A stretch of DNA of 64,000 nucleotides from Gnetum montanum (Eukaryota; Plantae; Gnetophyta). A program made the position numbers and the translations under genes. The notes beneath the pieces are model-generated. The model saw only the letters and a list, made by a program, of their open reading frames with translations. It ran no database searches and was not told the DNA's origin. Below are positions 41,001 through 54,293 of this stretch, one piece after another; position 1 is the first letter of the stretch, and every line of letters starts with the position of its first letter. The stretch lies in contig MNCI01000737.1 of the NCBI GenBank assembly GCA_015680685.1, positions 678,440-742,439 on the forward strand, in the 5' to 3' direction.

Positions 41001-42368
41001 TTGAATTCTTTTCACATCTCCACTTGTCTCTAAGCTATTGTAGACTTTATCTCATAAATAATGTTAGGCCACCAAGTTTGATCAACTCCCCTTAAGAATT
41101 GGGAAGCAATGCTTATCTTGGTCTCCTTGGGATACTTGTTTATCTTCAAGAACTATTACATCTTATAGAGAAAGGCATCTATGAGCCTATCATCATGATC
41201 AACATTGTAGGCTTTAGGTTCCTTATGCTAGACTTTTGGATGTAGATCACCTTGACTTGGACGTAACTACTTTCACTTGCATAACTTATTGGTCCTCTAG
41301 CTTCTCATTCTTTGCCTCTAGAATCATCAACCTTTGTCAGATGTCCCCCATACAAACTTGCACATCATCAAAAACATCCTCCATTTATTCTATATGGGTT
41401 TGTAGCATAAAATTTTGGGCTGTAGAAAGCTTACACTTGATGATTGAACTTAGCTCCCTCAAGTAAGGCATGTCCATTACATCCACAATTTCATGAATCA
41501 TGTTTACCTGCTCAATACTAAGTAAGTGGCTAAGAACCATGCTAACTCCATAGCTTCTACATCTTTTTGAGAGGATAATCATCGTTTCTCTTAGAAAGCA
41601 TTTCCTAGTTTTTGTTCATGTTTTTGTCTTTGTGCACATCCTCGTGCACTAGACCTTCTAGATTATCATTTCCAACTAGTCCATTATATAAGGGTTGGAA
41701 CTAGGAGGAACATTGCTGTGATTTTAGTTTCGCTTGTTCTTCTTCTTATGCACTATAGTAGCAATTTTTTGCATAAACCATGAGCACAATCTCTCACCAT
41801 GATCACAAATGATTAATCATTACCAACCTTGAACCACAAACCACAACTCTAATACCAAGGTTTATAGTGTCGCCCTTGAAAAGTACTTCATGACACTATC
41901 TAAGATTCTTGAATCAGCTAAGAAATGAGGGTGGACTCAAGGTAGACTACACTTCAATATTCACAACACTTGTAAGCACGATAAAAGTCATGACACTAGT
42001 TAGAGATTGATTAGAAGCATAGCAATAATACCTTAGACAATGTGCATGCATAAAAGACCTAGGACATACACACATACACATGACATACCACAATATAACA
42101 TGACACAAAAACAAGAACTAATCCTAAGTTATGCACAACTAGGGCTAAAACTCACTCCGTAGAGAGGGGTAGTGACTAGATCTAAAAAGGCAATGCCTCC
42201 CCAATAAGCTTACATATCCTTATGACATAGTACATAAGGAATTAAGGCCATGTGGTTATTTTGTGATGGTTAAGATAGCATAGAACCTATAAGGGTCTCC
42301 ATACTCTTCTAGACCTTGTTCTAGAGGGAAATAACCATTGATCTACCAATAAGACATGCTTTCCTATG
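35060..42368 (-). mobile_element. Degenerate chromovirus Ty3/gypsy retrotransposon (Galadriel-like)
   Basis: Similar LTRs at ~35060-35398 and ~41862-42368; Met-type PBS TGGTATTAGAG at ~41847-41857; PPT at ~35399-35412; gag-PR-RT-RH-INT remnants (KFLGHIIGE, FLGLTN); chromodomain EFLVHWQG..EDTWE. Confidence 0.88.
35691..36466 (+). mobile_element. Solo LTR (A/B mosaic) nested in the chromovirus 3' UTR
   Basis: Family termini; TSD GAATT/AAATT. Confidence 0.88.
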
Positions 42369-44968
42369 CCATTCATGGGTATTACTATAGGAAGTTATCT
42401 AAACTTCCTCTAAGTTAAAGTTAAAGTTAATAATGGGTATTATGGAAATTAAAGTCAAAGGTAATAATATGTACCAATGAGGAGTTAGCATAGTGGTAAT
42501 ACATTTGATTTGGAAATTCTAACTTATTTTATTTTAAATTTATACATTTATTATATGCTAAAAGTATAAAATACTAATATTTTAAGATGAAAACATAAAT
42601 AAAAAAGTAGTACTAAGTTTATTCTTAATAAAAACTACAAGATAATATATTCTAACAACAATGATTAGCAAGTGAATTTAGGTTCAAGAGTATTATACTT
42701 CTTGGTAGTAATAGTGCATGTTTGTAGGGCCTAAAAAAAGAAAATAGGTTGCCAATTGATGGTAGAGAGTTGAAACTATTACATGCAATCCAACAAAAAT
42801 ATAATAAAGATAAATGAAGAAATTTGATTTTTTGCTACTGTCATTTCTCACAACTAGTTGGCTAGTGTCTTAATACCGTTACTAAGATTTGATTTGGCTT
42901 ACATAGATGCCAAAAATTAAGTATATTTGTGCATTAGAAAAGAAAATATTTAATAGTTTTTTACTTCTTTTTCTATTGGTTCCTATTTCTTTTATTGGTT
43001 AACTGTAAAGTGTCTATAGACCCAGCTCTAGTGGCTAGGCTTTGACCTTCTTGGGGTCCTTTATGTAAATGTAATGCTTAAGAATTCTTTGCTCTATTAA
43101 TATATTTTTCATTATCACCATGTTGCTTTTTAATCAATGATTCTCTACTACAACTTGAATCTCTCTATATTCCCTCAAAAATAAGGGAATGCAAAGTCTA
43201 CAGAGATGCATTAAAAATAAGTAGCACTTGATGGTAGTGAAATCACAACTAAATCCACAACTAACTAACCATTAGCTTTATCTACCTTTATTTCTATGCT
43301 GAATATAAGTAAAAATTGTAGGTTCAATTTCAAATTGATTATAATGAGGTAGTTGAAAGTAATGAAATGTATGATTTTGTAAGAAATGATTGCACTTTAA
43401 CCATGTCTCTATGTTTATTTGAAATGATGCTTAAGAATTCATGTATCATTTTCAATGCTAAGACTTTAATCATCATTAAAAAAATTGTTTAAAAAGAATT
43501 TTATAATCAATATCTACTCTAGCTTATATGTTACTAATGCCTAATATTTTCTTTTTAGATGTTTGTAACTTGGCATCACCATGGAGAAAGTCCAATGGGA
43601 GACAATTTTTGAAAATCGATTACCAAAACTTGGTACTTTATAAAAGGTTGACAATAATATTGAAACCTCATCTTCTTTGAGTTAACTTAAATTCTTAAAT
43701 GCCTTTGACACTTTTATGCCTCTTCATTTTCTTCTATGAATATTTTTTAATTAATTATTTACTCCTTACCTCATACTTCTTAAGCATACGACCCATAATG
43801 AGGTAGTTCACATTGATAAGATCAAAGATGGTTCATAAAAGGCACCAAAATAATGAAGATGATGAAAACTCAAACTCCTATCCTATGAAGGTCTCAACCA
43901 TAGGCTGTGCGCCTAAAATCATGGTGGGATGTGTGGAAGTTGATTTCCCATTGTCTATACCAATTCAATAATAACAAAAACCAAAAATAAAGATAAATTT
44001 CCTTTTTTGGAAGTAGATCTTCCCACATCCGGGCCTTAGAAAAGATCTCTTCCACTTCCTTTAACCGCAACAATACGAACCTACATGAGCCAGCACGCGC
44101 ATCGTCTTCAAGTCCAAACTCACTTACACATGTCCTTGCCATGGGAGATATCTCTATACGGACATAAAACTCTAAAGGAGAGATTGTAGGTTTACAACTC
44201 TATTCAAACTTATCCAACGTGGCATTTTTGTTAAAAAGCTGGGCACAAAGACATATCACATAACAAACTTGGCAGTCAAGCATTTGGCTAAAGGTCATGT
44301 AGACTTGATAGGTATTGAAGGTACATGCAAAAGCAGAGATTTTTCAACCAGGGAGACGTGACTTCTTGGTTTGGTTGTGGAGGAAAAAAAGGATAACATG
44401 GCCTCATGGAGGTTTGATAAACAGCATTTTGTAGAGGACAACTCATACTCTTTTTCAAATCCCACCAAATTCAAAGCCTTGTAGTTGTCTTGTACCCTGC
44501 AATGGAAATGGCAGAACCAGGGAAACAGTGCCAAAAGCTAAGCAATACTTTTGACTTGGCATACAGCAAGGCATTAATGGCCACGTTGAATTCTAGGGCC
44601 CTTGAAAAAGACCCACAATTAGCCCCTCAGCATGCCATATCATGTTTAGGATGATTCTTAGAGATTTTTTTTAAAGCTCCCACAGGATATTTGTGGGTTT
44701 AGGATATTTTTTTGTTGCCTTGAATCTTTTCCATTAGGGGTGCCTTTTTCACTGTACAAATAGGCATTAGGGTTGTGTGCCTGTCTCCATCCATTGAATA
44801 TATTTTTTGCAGCGGCTACAGGGCCTCTCTGGGCATTTTAAAGGGCAGAAGCAAGCACAGGCAGCAGAAAGAGGGAACTCAAAAGGTGGGGGGTTTCTGG
44901 GCTGATTTTGTTTGGTTGATTCACTGCTTGTTTTTGAGAAGTTGTGTTCTGATTTACTGCTGCTGATC

Positions 44969-45917
44969 ATGAATTGGATTCAGCCTGAGAGAAACAATCC
45001 TGGCTTTGCCATGATGCAGCACCAGGGTGGGGAAAACAAGAGGAGGCTCAGTCTGGATCAGGTTAGAGCACTTGAGATGACTTTCAGGGAAGATACAAAG
45101 CTTGAGCCAGCCAAGAAACTGCAACTTGCCAGGGATTTGGGGCTGGAGCCAAGGCAGGTTGCAGTGTGGTTCCAGAACAGAAGAGTCAGGTCTAAGAACA
45201 AGCAACTTGAGAAGGATTTCCAAAATCTGCAACAAGACTACCAGGTGCTCAAGGAAAGCTATGACAGCCTGTTTGACGAGATCATGAAGCTTCAATCTGA
45301 GGTATTTCCAAAATTCCAATGCACTTCACAATCACCATCATCATTATACCTTGTTGCAGGAAAATGAGGGTTTGCTACGTGAGTTCTCTTTTGCCATTAA
45401 CCTCTGTAAAGAAGTATAGATCCTTATTATCATCATAATGCAGTTAACAATCACAATTGCCACAATCTGCACTTAACAATCATGATGCAAAAGTCACTGC
45501 CCCTGTTTTTCCTTTTTACCTCCACTTCTTCTTGTTAATGCTTCATTTGTTTGAAGTTTTGGTTTAGGCTTGATTTTTGGTTCTGGGTTGTTGTGGGTTC
45601 AGGTTCAGAGACTGAGCTGCAGCACCAGCCAGGAACAGGAGGGGCCCCATGAATCAACAGCCACTGTTTCACCATGTGATGAAGCCAACAACAATCATGG
45701 AGGAGAATCCAATTCCACGGTAGCAGCAGACATGCATGAAAATGTGAAGAAAAAGGAAGCCCAACAACAACAATCAGACAGCCAAAGTCAAGAATATGGA
45801 CAGGAAAGCATGGATCACTGTTCCTCCCTCAATGTAGTAGAGCTGCAGCAGAACAGTTCTGGTCCTGGATTCTGGTGCAGTACAGACCACTGGTATTCAC
45901 TGGATTGGGCTCAATAG
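44969..45917 (+). CDS. Class I homeodomain-leucine zipper transcription factor; exons 44969-45301, 45603-45917
   Basis: [14 protein letters not shown]....[29 protein letters not shown], then a leucine zipper; GT-AG intron in phase 0; Trp-rich acidic C-terminus. The start codon, or an extra upstream exon, is uncertain. Confidence 0.93.
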
Positions 45918-48900
45918 TTAGAACAACAGAAGAAGCAAGAAACAACCACAAATTCTGTCCTTACACAGCAGAGCACAATTTATTCTCTCTGCCATGCTAA
46001 TCTGCTATGCCAATAAAAGAGAAAATGCCACAGCATGGGCGTCCTTGCTTCTGCTCTGCTTTCTTTTTCTCCTGCATCTAATCATTAAAGCACATTAGAA
46101 CCTAGAAGCATGATTAGGATTTTGGATCCGTCAAGTTTTTATAAGGTTGTCAATATTTGTCTTTTAGTAATCCACCCAAACAATCAAAACCTCCTTAATC
46201 AGATGCTTAACTTTTAAATAATCCTGCTCATCAAGCTTCTCAACGGTAATCATGCAAGATATCTTGCAGCAGACAGGGTCCCATGACATGATTACTGGTT
46301 CCACCTTTAAAAATTTTTGCATAACGGACGGATGGACGCTTGCAGGATTTATTTATTGATATTTTTAATGATCTCTCTGCTTTTCTCTGCTCTGATGGTT
46401 TTGGGTTGGGAGAGAGTTGCTTTCAATTTGACTGGAATTGCAGCATCAGATCATACACATTGCTTTCATGGCGACTGCCAACCACCACATGGATTGTTTC
46501 ACAGAGATGTATAATAATTTTTTTTGGCCCCAAAAAAAAAAGAAAAAAAAAGCTGCAATTGTTCTCTCTCTTCACTAGCACCGCATACATCACTGTGCTT
46601 GCTTGTCCTCATCAAGATCTGTTGGATTATCTTACTCGTCTGTTTTAAAGGCTGATCCAGTAAAACCTCGCTTCCAAATTGAATATTATTGTTGGCAGAT
46701 TTTAATTGGGTTTCTGTTGCTGATTGGGTATGTGGATTTTTCACAGAATCGGATTAGATGAAGAGCACTGTGATTTAATGCAAGGATTTGGTTGATGGTC
46801 CTCTCAAAACAGGCTGCTGCTGCCAGACAACGTAGCAAAGATCAATCAATCTCGAATATGTTCACGGCGTAAAACATGAAATTCGCTGTCTGATTTTGAT
46901 TCATCGATCTCTTGTTGAATAAAAACGAAGAAAAGCCGTTGTACGTCATTGGTTTTTAGACAGGCTGGTCTGATGAAAGAGCCACGCCATTGAATTCTTG
47001 TCGTTTCTGCTGCAAAAATAAAACAGTAAAAACAGTGATGTGTGGGAGGTCAAAGAAAAACAATAACAGTCCAAATATAAGACACTTTCTTCAGAGACAT
47101 CCGGTGTTTTTAAAGAACTAACCTTGGTTAATAAAAAAATCAAAGTGGAAAAGAAAATCCAGTTTTATACGCAATTTTGCAATTAAATCTGTGTTATTTT
47201 TGTAATTTATTTAAAAACTGCCTTCGGTAAACCTGGGTCATAAACTTCTGTGTCAATTTATTATTTTTAATTGACTGAAACTCTGAAAGGCTTACTTCTC
47301 GTGAGCCCTCAGAAGTTTCTTTTCTTACAGGTAAAATCTTGGATCTTGTAGCTTAATTAACAAGGTTTGTTTGACATAAGAACAAATCTGAATCGGGAGG
47401 TGGGTTAAGTTCAGACTGCATCAAAGATAATGTAGGATATGGATTAACCTCCTCAGAAAAAGAAACAGGTGATTTAAGAGCTTTTGAGGATAGAATTCAT
47501 ATTTTTCTTAATTATCTTTGACTGAACATTTAGGATAAATATATAATATTGCAGAAAACACTTTCTATGATCTAGTTTTACTGTGGTGCTTAACTAGTCT
47601 GTTGAATCTATATTTATTTTTATTGCATTCAGTGTTAAATCTATATTTATTTATTTATTTATTGTATTTAGTGGTGCTTAACTTGTTCATTGAATCTATA
47701 AAAACTTTTATCTTTTTACTCTATTAAGTATATATATATATATGTTTACAAACTTATAAAAATTTATAATTTTCGTTTCAATTTCGATTTTTACCATGAA
47801 TCTTTAATTATTTGTTAATGAAGCAGTGAACATCAATATCAATATACGGTAAATAAAAATAATATCATGTAGCAAAGGAAACATCAATACCTTAAAATAT
47901 GGTAAAAGAGATGATGCTATTATTTATTCTTGAGAATGAGAAAGTTGTTGAAAAATACAAAGGACACAAGTACATAGGGTTTATTAACGATCATCATATT
48001 TTATTACATTGCTATTTCTTTGAGGCTATTATATAGCAATCAATGCGATATGGTCAATAAATGAGACAACATAAAGGCCATGAATACTTCATAGCTATTT
48101 ACTTTGCTAATAAAATTGAAGCTATTCTATAGCCATCAATGCACCATGGTCAATGCAACATAGTCAAGAAATTTAAAAAAAGCAAATAATATGTAAGCAT
48201 CTACTTTTGCTTAGAAAACTCAAGCTATTCCATAGCAATCAATGCACCATGAACATGAAGAAAAAATAAAGGCTATAGAATAATTCATAAACATATTCTT
48301 TATCTTCACTAGTACAAATTCCCCTTGCCCTATTGCTCAACCTTCTTAGCCCTATTGCTCAACCTTATCAAGAGAATTAATGCAAAAGGTAAGGAACACA
48401 AATTTTGGTTGCCAACAACAATTCCGTAGGCTATGTATTTGGAGTTCTCAATTGGTTGATAAGAAAATCAACATTATTCAATGTTAATGTTTATTTGGTT
48501 AAATCAATGCCATACCATGCAATCTTAGAAAATATATGCAATTTGGTGACTAGTCCCAAAAGTCACCTTGCACTTTTTGATTTGGCCTTCAAAGTCTCTA
48601 GAAGTAGCAAAAGAAGATAGCATGCAAGCATAGTTTTCCAACATTAAAGGTCACACTACACAGTTGATGACTAGAAATGTTTAAATCATTTATTGCATTT
48701 CTCAAAAAATACTTTTTTAAACATTTCTTTATTATCATGAATGGAAATTGTCATTAATGAAAAGGTTGACCAATAGTGAAGTGAATTAGCTCTTCCATAT
48801 TTTAAAAGATTCGTTCAATTAAATTTATTAAGTTAAAATTAAAATTTTATTATTAGTCTTCTTAGTAACATTTTGACCAAATAAACCAAATTTCATTTAT

Positions 48901-49349
48901 GTGTAATGTGTTTAAATGTAGAACATTGCTTGAAAAGATATAAGGTTCATCTTCAATATTATCTGTACTACATAGTTGACATATTCATTCTTCAGAAAAT
49001 GAATTTTGAGCCATCTACTTATTTTAACTCTTATGTGATGAAATCCCACTCCCACAAATGATGGAGAATAGGGACAAATAAATAGTTTGTCTTTAAATTA
49101 AAACCTCCCTTGATATTATTCATATAGAAATGTTTTCTTCTTTCTTTCTACATTTTTTCAAAGTTATTGAAATTCTAGTTGTTTCACAAATTTGGGAACT
49201 TGCTTAGGATTAGAATAAAGAATATACTCTTGAAGTTTTCATTTTTTAAGTCATAGAACTCCTTTATGAAGCTATTCTTTATCTTGGATTTCTAACATCA
49301 CTTAATAAACTATGTATAATTCTCTCTTAATTGGCAAAGAATGTGAAAA

Positions 49350-52300
49350 GAATCTATGAAAAGGTAAAAATTTTTAATAATTGATGTAGTTGATGAAATT
49401 TTCATACGATGATGTGGTTGCTCGTTACATGCTTCAACAGACATGGTAGCATGGGTTCCTTGTTTTCTTGATGCATGCCATGAGATTAATATATTTTTCC
49501 TCTAGCAATCTAGTATTACCAACTTCTCATTTCTCATCAACAAGGTTTTTATTTAGAGGGAGGTTCCATGGGTAACATAATATTAGAAACATTTCTTTGG
49601 CCAATATGTACCATGTCACAAATTTGGAAGCCTACAAAGAAAGTAGAAATGCATAGAGATGCTACTTTGTTAGACCATTTTCATATTAGCATTTTTCTTT
49701 TTGGAATTTATTCTTCCTCCTTTCAAAAGCACGAGCTTTTATGTATGAATATCTAATATGTTCACAATGCCTAGTACAAAAATATTTTGAAGTTTTAATG
49801 AAATGGAGTAAAAGAACCTACTAGTAATATTGATTAGATTGATTGGTGATAGCAAAATACTTGTAGAGTCAAAAGTTATGATAGACGGTTTAAAAAGCAA
49901 TTTTCCAAGCATAAACGTCAACTTGAAGAAGATCTTATAAAATCTGTTAAGCAAATGTAAATTCTTTGAGACCAAAATCTCTTTGATTTTGAAACTCAAA
50001 AAGCCTTGGCCAAAGCTTGTTATGTTAAATAATGTTAGGATACTTTTGAAGCTAAGTACCCTCACTAAAAATCACATAGGTTAGCTAATAATTGAAGATG
50101 AATATTGCAAGGAATTTTTTAAATTTCTAAAAGAAAAAGGTCAAGTACCTAAACTGGAATTACTTTATATAAATGATTTCATCATTAAAGATCCTAAGGC
50201 TATTAATAACTTTTTAGCAAATCATTTTTTGTCTATTTTTTCTTCTAAATGTTTCACCAAGGAATCTTTCCAAGCCTCTAGGAAGCATATTCCTCATCTT
50301 ACAACAAAAGCATGTTGAAGTATTCTTGAAGCTGAAATTGCAATAGAAGAAATCAAAGCAACGACCTTTAGTTTAGCAGATGATAAAGCTCTAGGTTTTG
50401 ATGGTTTTCCAATTGAAGTTTTTAAAAAGCATTACGACATCCTTGGAGATGATCTCTTTCATGTTTTCCAAGAAATGATTTAAAAAGTTTCTTTTGGTAA
50501 AAATTTTAATAAAGGTATGATTCGTCTTCTTCTTGAAAATGGAGATCTTTAACATATTGGTAATTAGAGGCCTATTAATCTTCTTAACAATTCTTATAAA
50601 AATTTAGCTAAATGCATGGCTTGTTGAATTCAAAAGGTTATTGAAGATATCATTAGACTTGAGTAAACAAGATTTGTTAAAGTTAGACATATCTTAAATA
50701 ATGTTGTTGCAGCTTGAGAGGGAATGCAATAGGCCCATGATACTAAACAAAACATTGTTTTTATTAAGTTAGATTATACTAAAGGTTATAATAAGATTAA
50801 AAGAAATTTCATTATTTCTTGTCTCTATGAACTAGAATTTGGTGATTATTTTATTTGTCTTGTCCATACCTTGCTCATTGAAGTTAATGCTTAAGTTGCT
50901 ACCAATTTTGGATTAATTTTCTTTTTTTCTTTTTAATGGTCAATTTGTCAAGGTTGTCCTCTAGCTCCCTCTCTTTTTATTATTGTTGCAGACTTTCTTT
51001 CATATAATCTACATTATGATCTACAAAGGAATATCATTAAGGGAATTTTAATTGATGATCAAGGTACATAATTGCTTAACATGCACTTTGTAGATAATTT
51101 TTTCATGATCAATAATTCTTTGCAATATATCAATACTCTTTTAGCTAGAGTGGAGGACTATTGTATGTTATTTGGCTCTCAAATCAATTGGTGAAACTTT
51201 TTGTTTATTGTAATGGTAATATTAATGAGTGGGTTACTCTCAAGCTATGGAAAATCTTGAAGATAGATTTTATCTTTAAAATTTTAGGAATACTGTTTTC
51301 TTTTGAGAATAATATTACTATTTTGTGGAATTATGTAGTTGATAAAATTGAAAACATGCCTGGTAAATAAAAAGAAAAAAAGTTTATCCTTTGATGAGCC
51401 GCGATATTGCATCCGCCACGTGATATCGCGTCCTGCCTTATCTTCTATAAATAAGAGACGGCTTCCTTTGTTCAAGGGGGTAAGACTTAGACCCTTAGCC
51501 AAACTCTTGCAGTTTTACCATTCCAGAGTTAAAGTAATTTCTGTGTGCCTGTAGTAGGAGTCATAGAGCAAACGGATCTTTATTTGAGCAATTTGTACTT
51601 GAGCACACATTTGTGTACGACAATAAAGACGAACTTTATGATAAACCTTGCAACATACAAACTAAGCTAATTAGTAATTAATTATTGTTGAATGTTTAAT
51701 ACTTTCCTAGTTAATTAATCTCTCTCTCAACCTTTGACTCTCTTAGTTAAGTACACTTAGTACGACTGCTTTGAGCATGTGTGTAGCGCTTGGTAACCCA
51801 GTAACGATTAGCGTTTAGTAATCCCAGCAGCGTTGCATTGGTTAAGGATGTGTACGGCAAGTGGGGATGGATACTGGTGTTAGGAACAATTAGAACTTAG
51901 TTAGTGAATAGTTAATGTAAGTTAGTCACTTAGTTATCTTTCCCTTCCCTTATTAGCATAAGACATTAAAAAGATAAAAGCTATAAAAAATCATATACCT
52001 CAAGCTTACTTAACCATACAACCATGACAATACAAGTGAGTTTGGGAAGACAACGGTTGATTAACCCTGAGTGTTCCATTAAGGTGCGTAAGCATTTAGT
52101 CCTTGGAGTTCGACCGGATCGTGCGTGAAACGCTCGTATTTGGATGGTTGAGTGTAGGGGTACCTCACCACTCATCATCCTTGTTTGTAAAGTTTTAGTT
52201 ATCAAGAAAATGCTTCAATCAACTCATGTTTATTACTTTAATTATTAGGCTCCTTCTAAAACATCATATGATAGAATTGATCATATTATCCATTGGTTTC

Positions 52301-53290
52301 TTTGGTCAGTTAAGCAACATAGAAAAGGTTTTGCTAGAGTTGCTTGGGATTAATTACAATGTGCATTAATGGAGATGTTGTTTGGATGCTCTTTTTAAAA
52401 AATAGTCTTATGCAAGGAAAACATAAAAATAATAACAATTGGTCTTCTAACAATTTTCTTCACTATCTTCTTTTTCCTTGGGCCATTTTTATTTTTGGTT
52501 CTCTAATTCTTAAACAAATTTGGAAGACATGATCCAAGCTTAATAAATATTTGAATTACAATCATATTATAGTTTTAGAAGAAATGCTTAAACAAATTAG
52601 CCCATGGTGGCTTTCTTCTAATGAAGGAGCTTGGGCTACTAATGCATCTGGATTATGTATAATAACTTTTAACCAAGCATCAATGAAGTCATTGTTGGTA
52701 ATCAACTTACTTTATCTACTTCCTTTCTTTGCATCTAGAATTGTCTTTAATCACTTATTTCCTACTCTATTTGGAAGCTTTGGTATGTAATTATTTTTTA
52801 GCAACAAGAGCATAACTATGACATCTCTTTAGGAGTCAAATACTATATTTTGAAATATGTCACTTTTTAGCTACAACTTCAAGGAAAAAAGCTCCTAATG
52901 AAAGCTAAATAATTAATTTGTTTTCTACAATATTAATTTCTTTTTGTCTTAGAGGCTCAAGGATGGGAAGCTTTCAGCTTTTTTTTGCTATTTATTCTTT
53001 ATTTTTTATTGATGTATTCTTTTATCTTTAAAGAGAACTTTCTCCTTCTCTTTACAAGAAACTCTTTAGTAAGAAGTGAAAACCCGTGAAGGCTTCTAAA
53101 TAAGGGAAAGGCTTGATCCTTTTCCTACCTTAGAGGGGACATTTTTTAGGATGGTTGTAAGTATGAAAACCTAGAAAGGTATCTCCAAAATCATTGGGCT
53201 TTTTCTTTAGACTTTATCTTCAATGATTTGATGTACTATAAATTTTTTAAATATTATTATTCATTTTTTTGGGTTTAACACCCTTTCCCA
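49350..53290 (+). mobile_element. Degenerate L1-type LINE (EN-RT-3' UTR) interrupted by a solo LTR
   Basis: DKALGFDGFPIEVF, RPINLLNNSYKNLAK, QGCPLAPSLF, MHFVDN; 3' UTR shared with 16300-16830. Confidence 0.85.
51392..52177 (+). mobile_element. Solo LTR, subfamily A
   Basis: Family termini; perfect TSD TCCTT. Confidence 0.93.
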
Positions 53291-54052
53291 TTCATATTTC
53301 TTTGCTGATGTGTCTTGACAATAGCTACTTGTCTTTCTATTTAAGGAAGGTATGATGTGCTAAATTCTTTGCCACGTTCTTTAATTATAGTAAGAAAATG
53401 ATCTTTCTCCCCCATTAATATTTTATTTTATTTTATTTATTATTGTAGAACTTCTTTTCTTTTCTTCTTGTCATCAAACAAGGTGCTTATGTGAGTCTTT
53501 ACTCTCATACATTATGTAGCCACCCAAAATTCTCATGGTGTAGGTTGATGTAGAATAAAATCCCTCTAGATTCTCATTGATCTCATCTTCCTACTTGAGC
53601 TAAATTTCAAGGTCCTTGATCTTTGCTTAGAAAATATCATTCCACTATTTAAGAGACCTAAGCATGTGCTACTTAAAAACTACAATAATTTATTAGAGTT
53701 GTTTTGCATATTTTGCATTAATCTCTTTTGAAACTTTGACATGATTCTTGTCTTTTTATTTTAATCCTTGTTAGATTCTAGACCTTAAGTTTCTAGGTAG
53801 TTATTGCAATGACCTATTGTTATCTCATAATTTGTACTTTTCATGTTGCAACCTATCTACTTCTACATCTACTTCAGATTTTTGTTACTTCATGTAGAAG
53901 ACATAATTTTTATAATTATTTCTTTGCCTTTCTAATTTCTCTAGCTTTGTAGCTTTGGCATTACACTATTTTTATTTTTTTCTTTAAGATGATGCTTTCT
54001 TTATTAAAGAGGTAGTGTTTTGCTTGTTCAAGCCCTACATTAAACTTTGCCT

Positions 54053-54216
54053 ACACCTTCTAGCTTATTAACATCTTCACTTGCCAATGTACTTGTTTGA
54101 TGATATGTACATAGAGAGTATTGAAATGTTTAGAACACCTTCTAGCTTATTAACATCTTCACTTGCCAATGTACTTGTTTGATGATATGTACATAGAGAG
54201 TATTGAAATGTTTAGA
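54053..54216 (+). repeat. Perfect 82-bp tandem duplication
   Basis: ACACCTTCTAGC...AAATGTTTAGA starts at both 54053 and 54135. Confidence 0.9.
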
Positions 54217-54293
54217 AGGAATCAACCTAGATAGTGCAACAAGCTATGATCAACAATTAGCAAGCTATATTTTAATGTGTTCAATTTGTACCT

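Noticed and set aside
52104-52116. tRNA gene or Pol III B-box (GGAGTTCGACC) in the LTRs
   Set aside because: No cloverleaf or properly spaced A-box; treated as part of the LTR structure.
54053-54216. Functional meaning of the 82-bp duplication
   Set aside because: It is a simple recent duplication or assembly artefact in decayed sequence.
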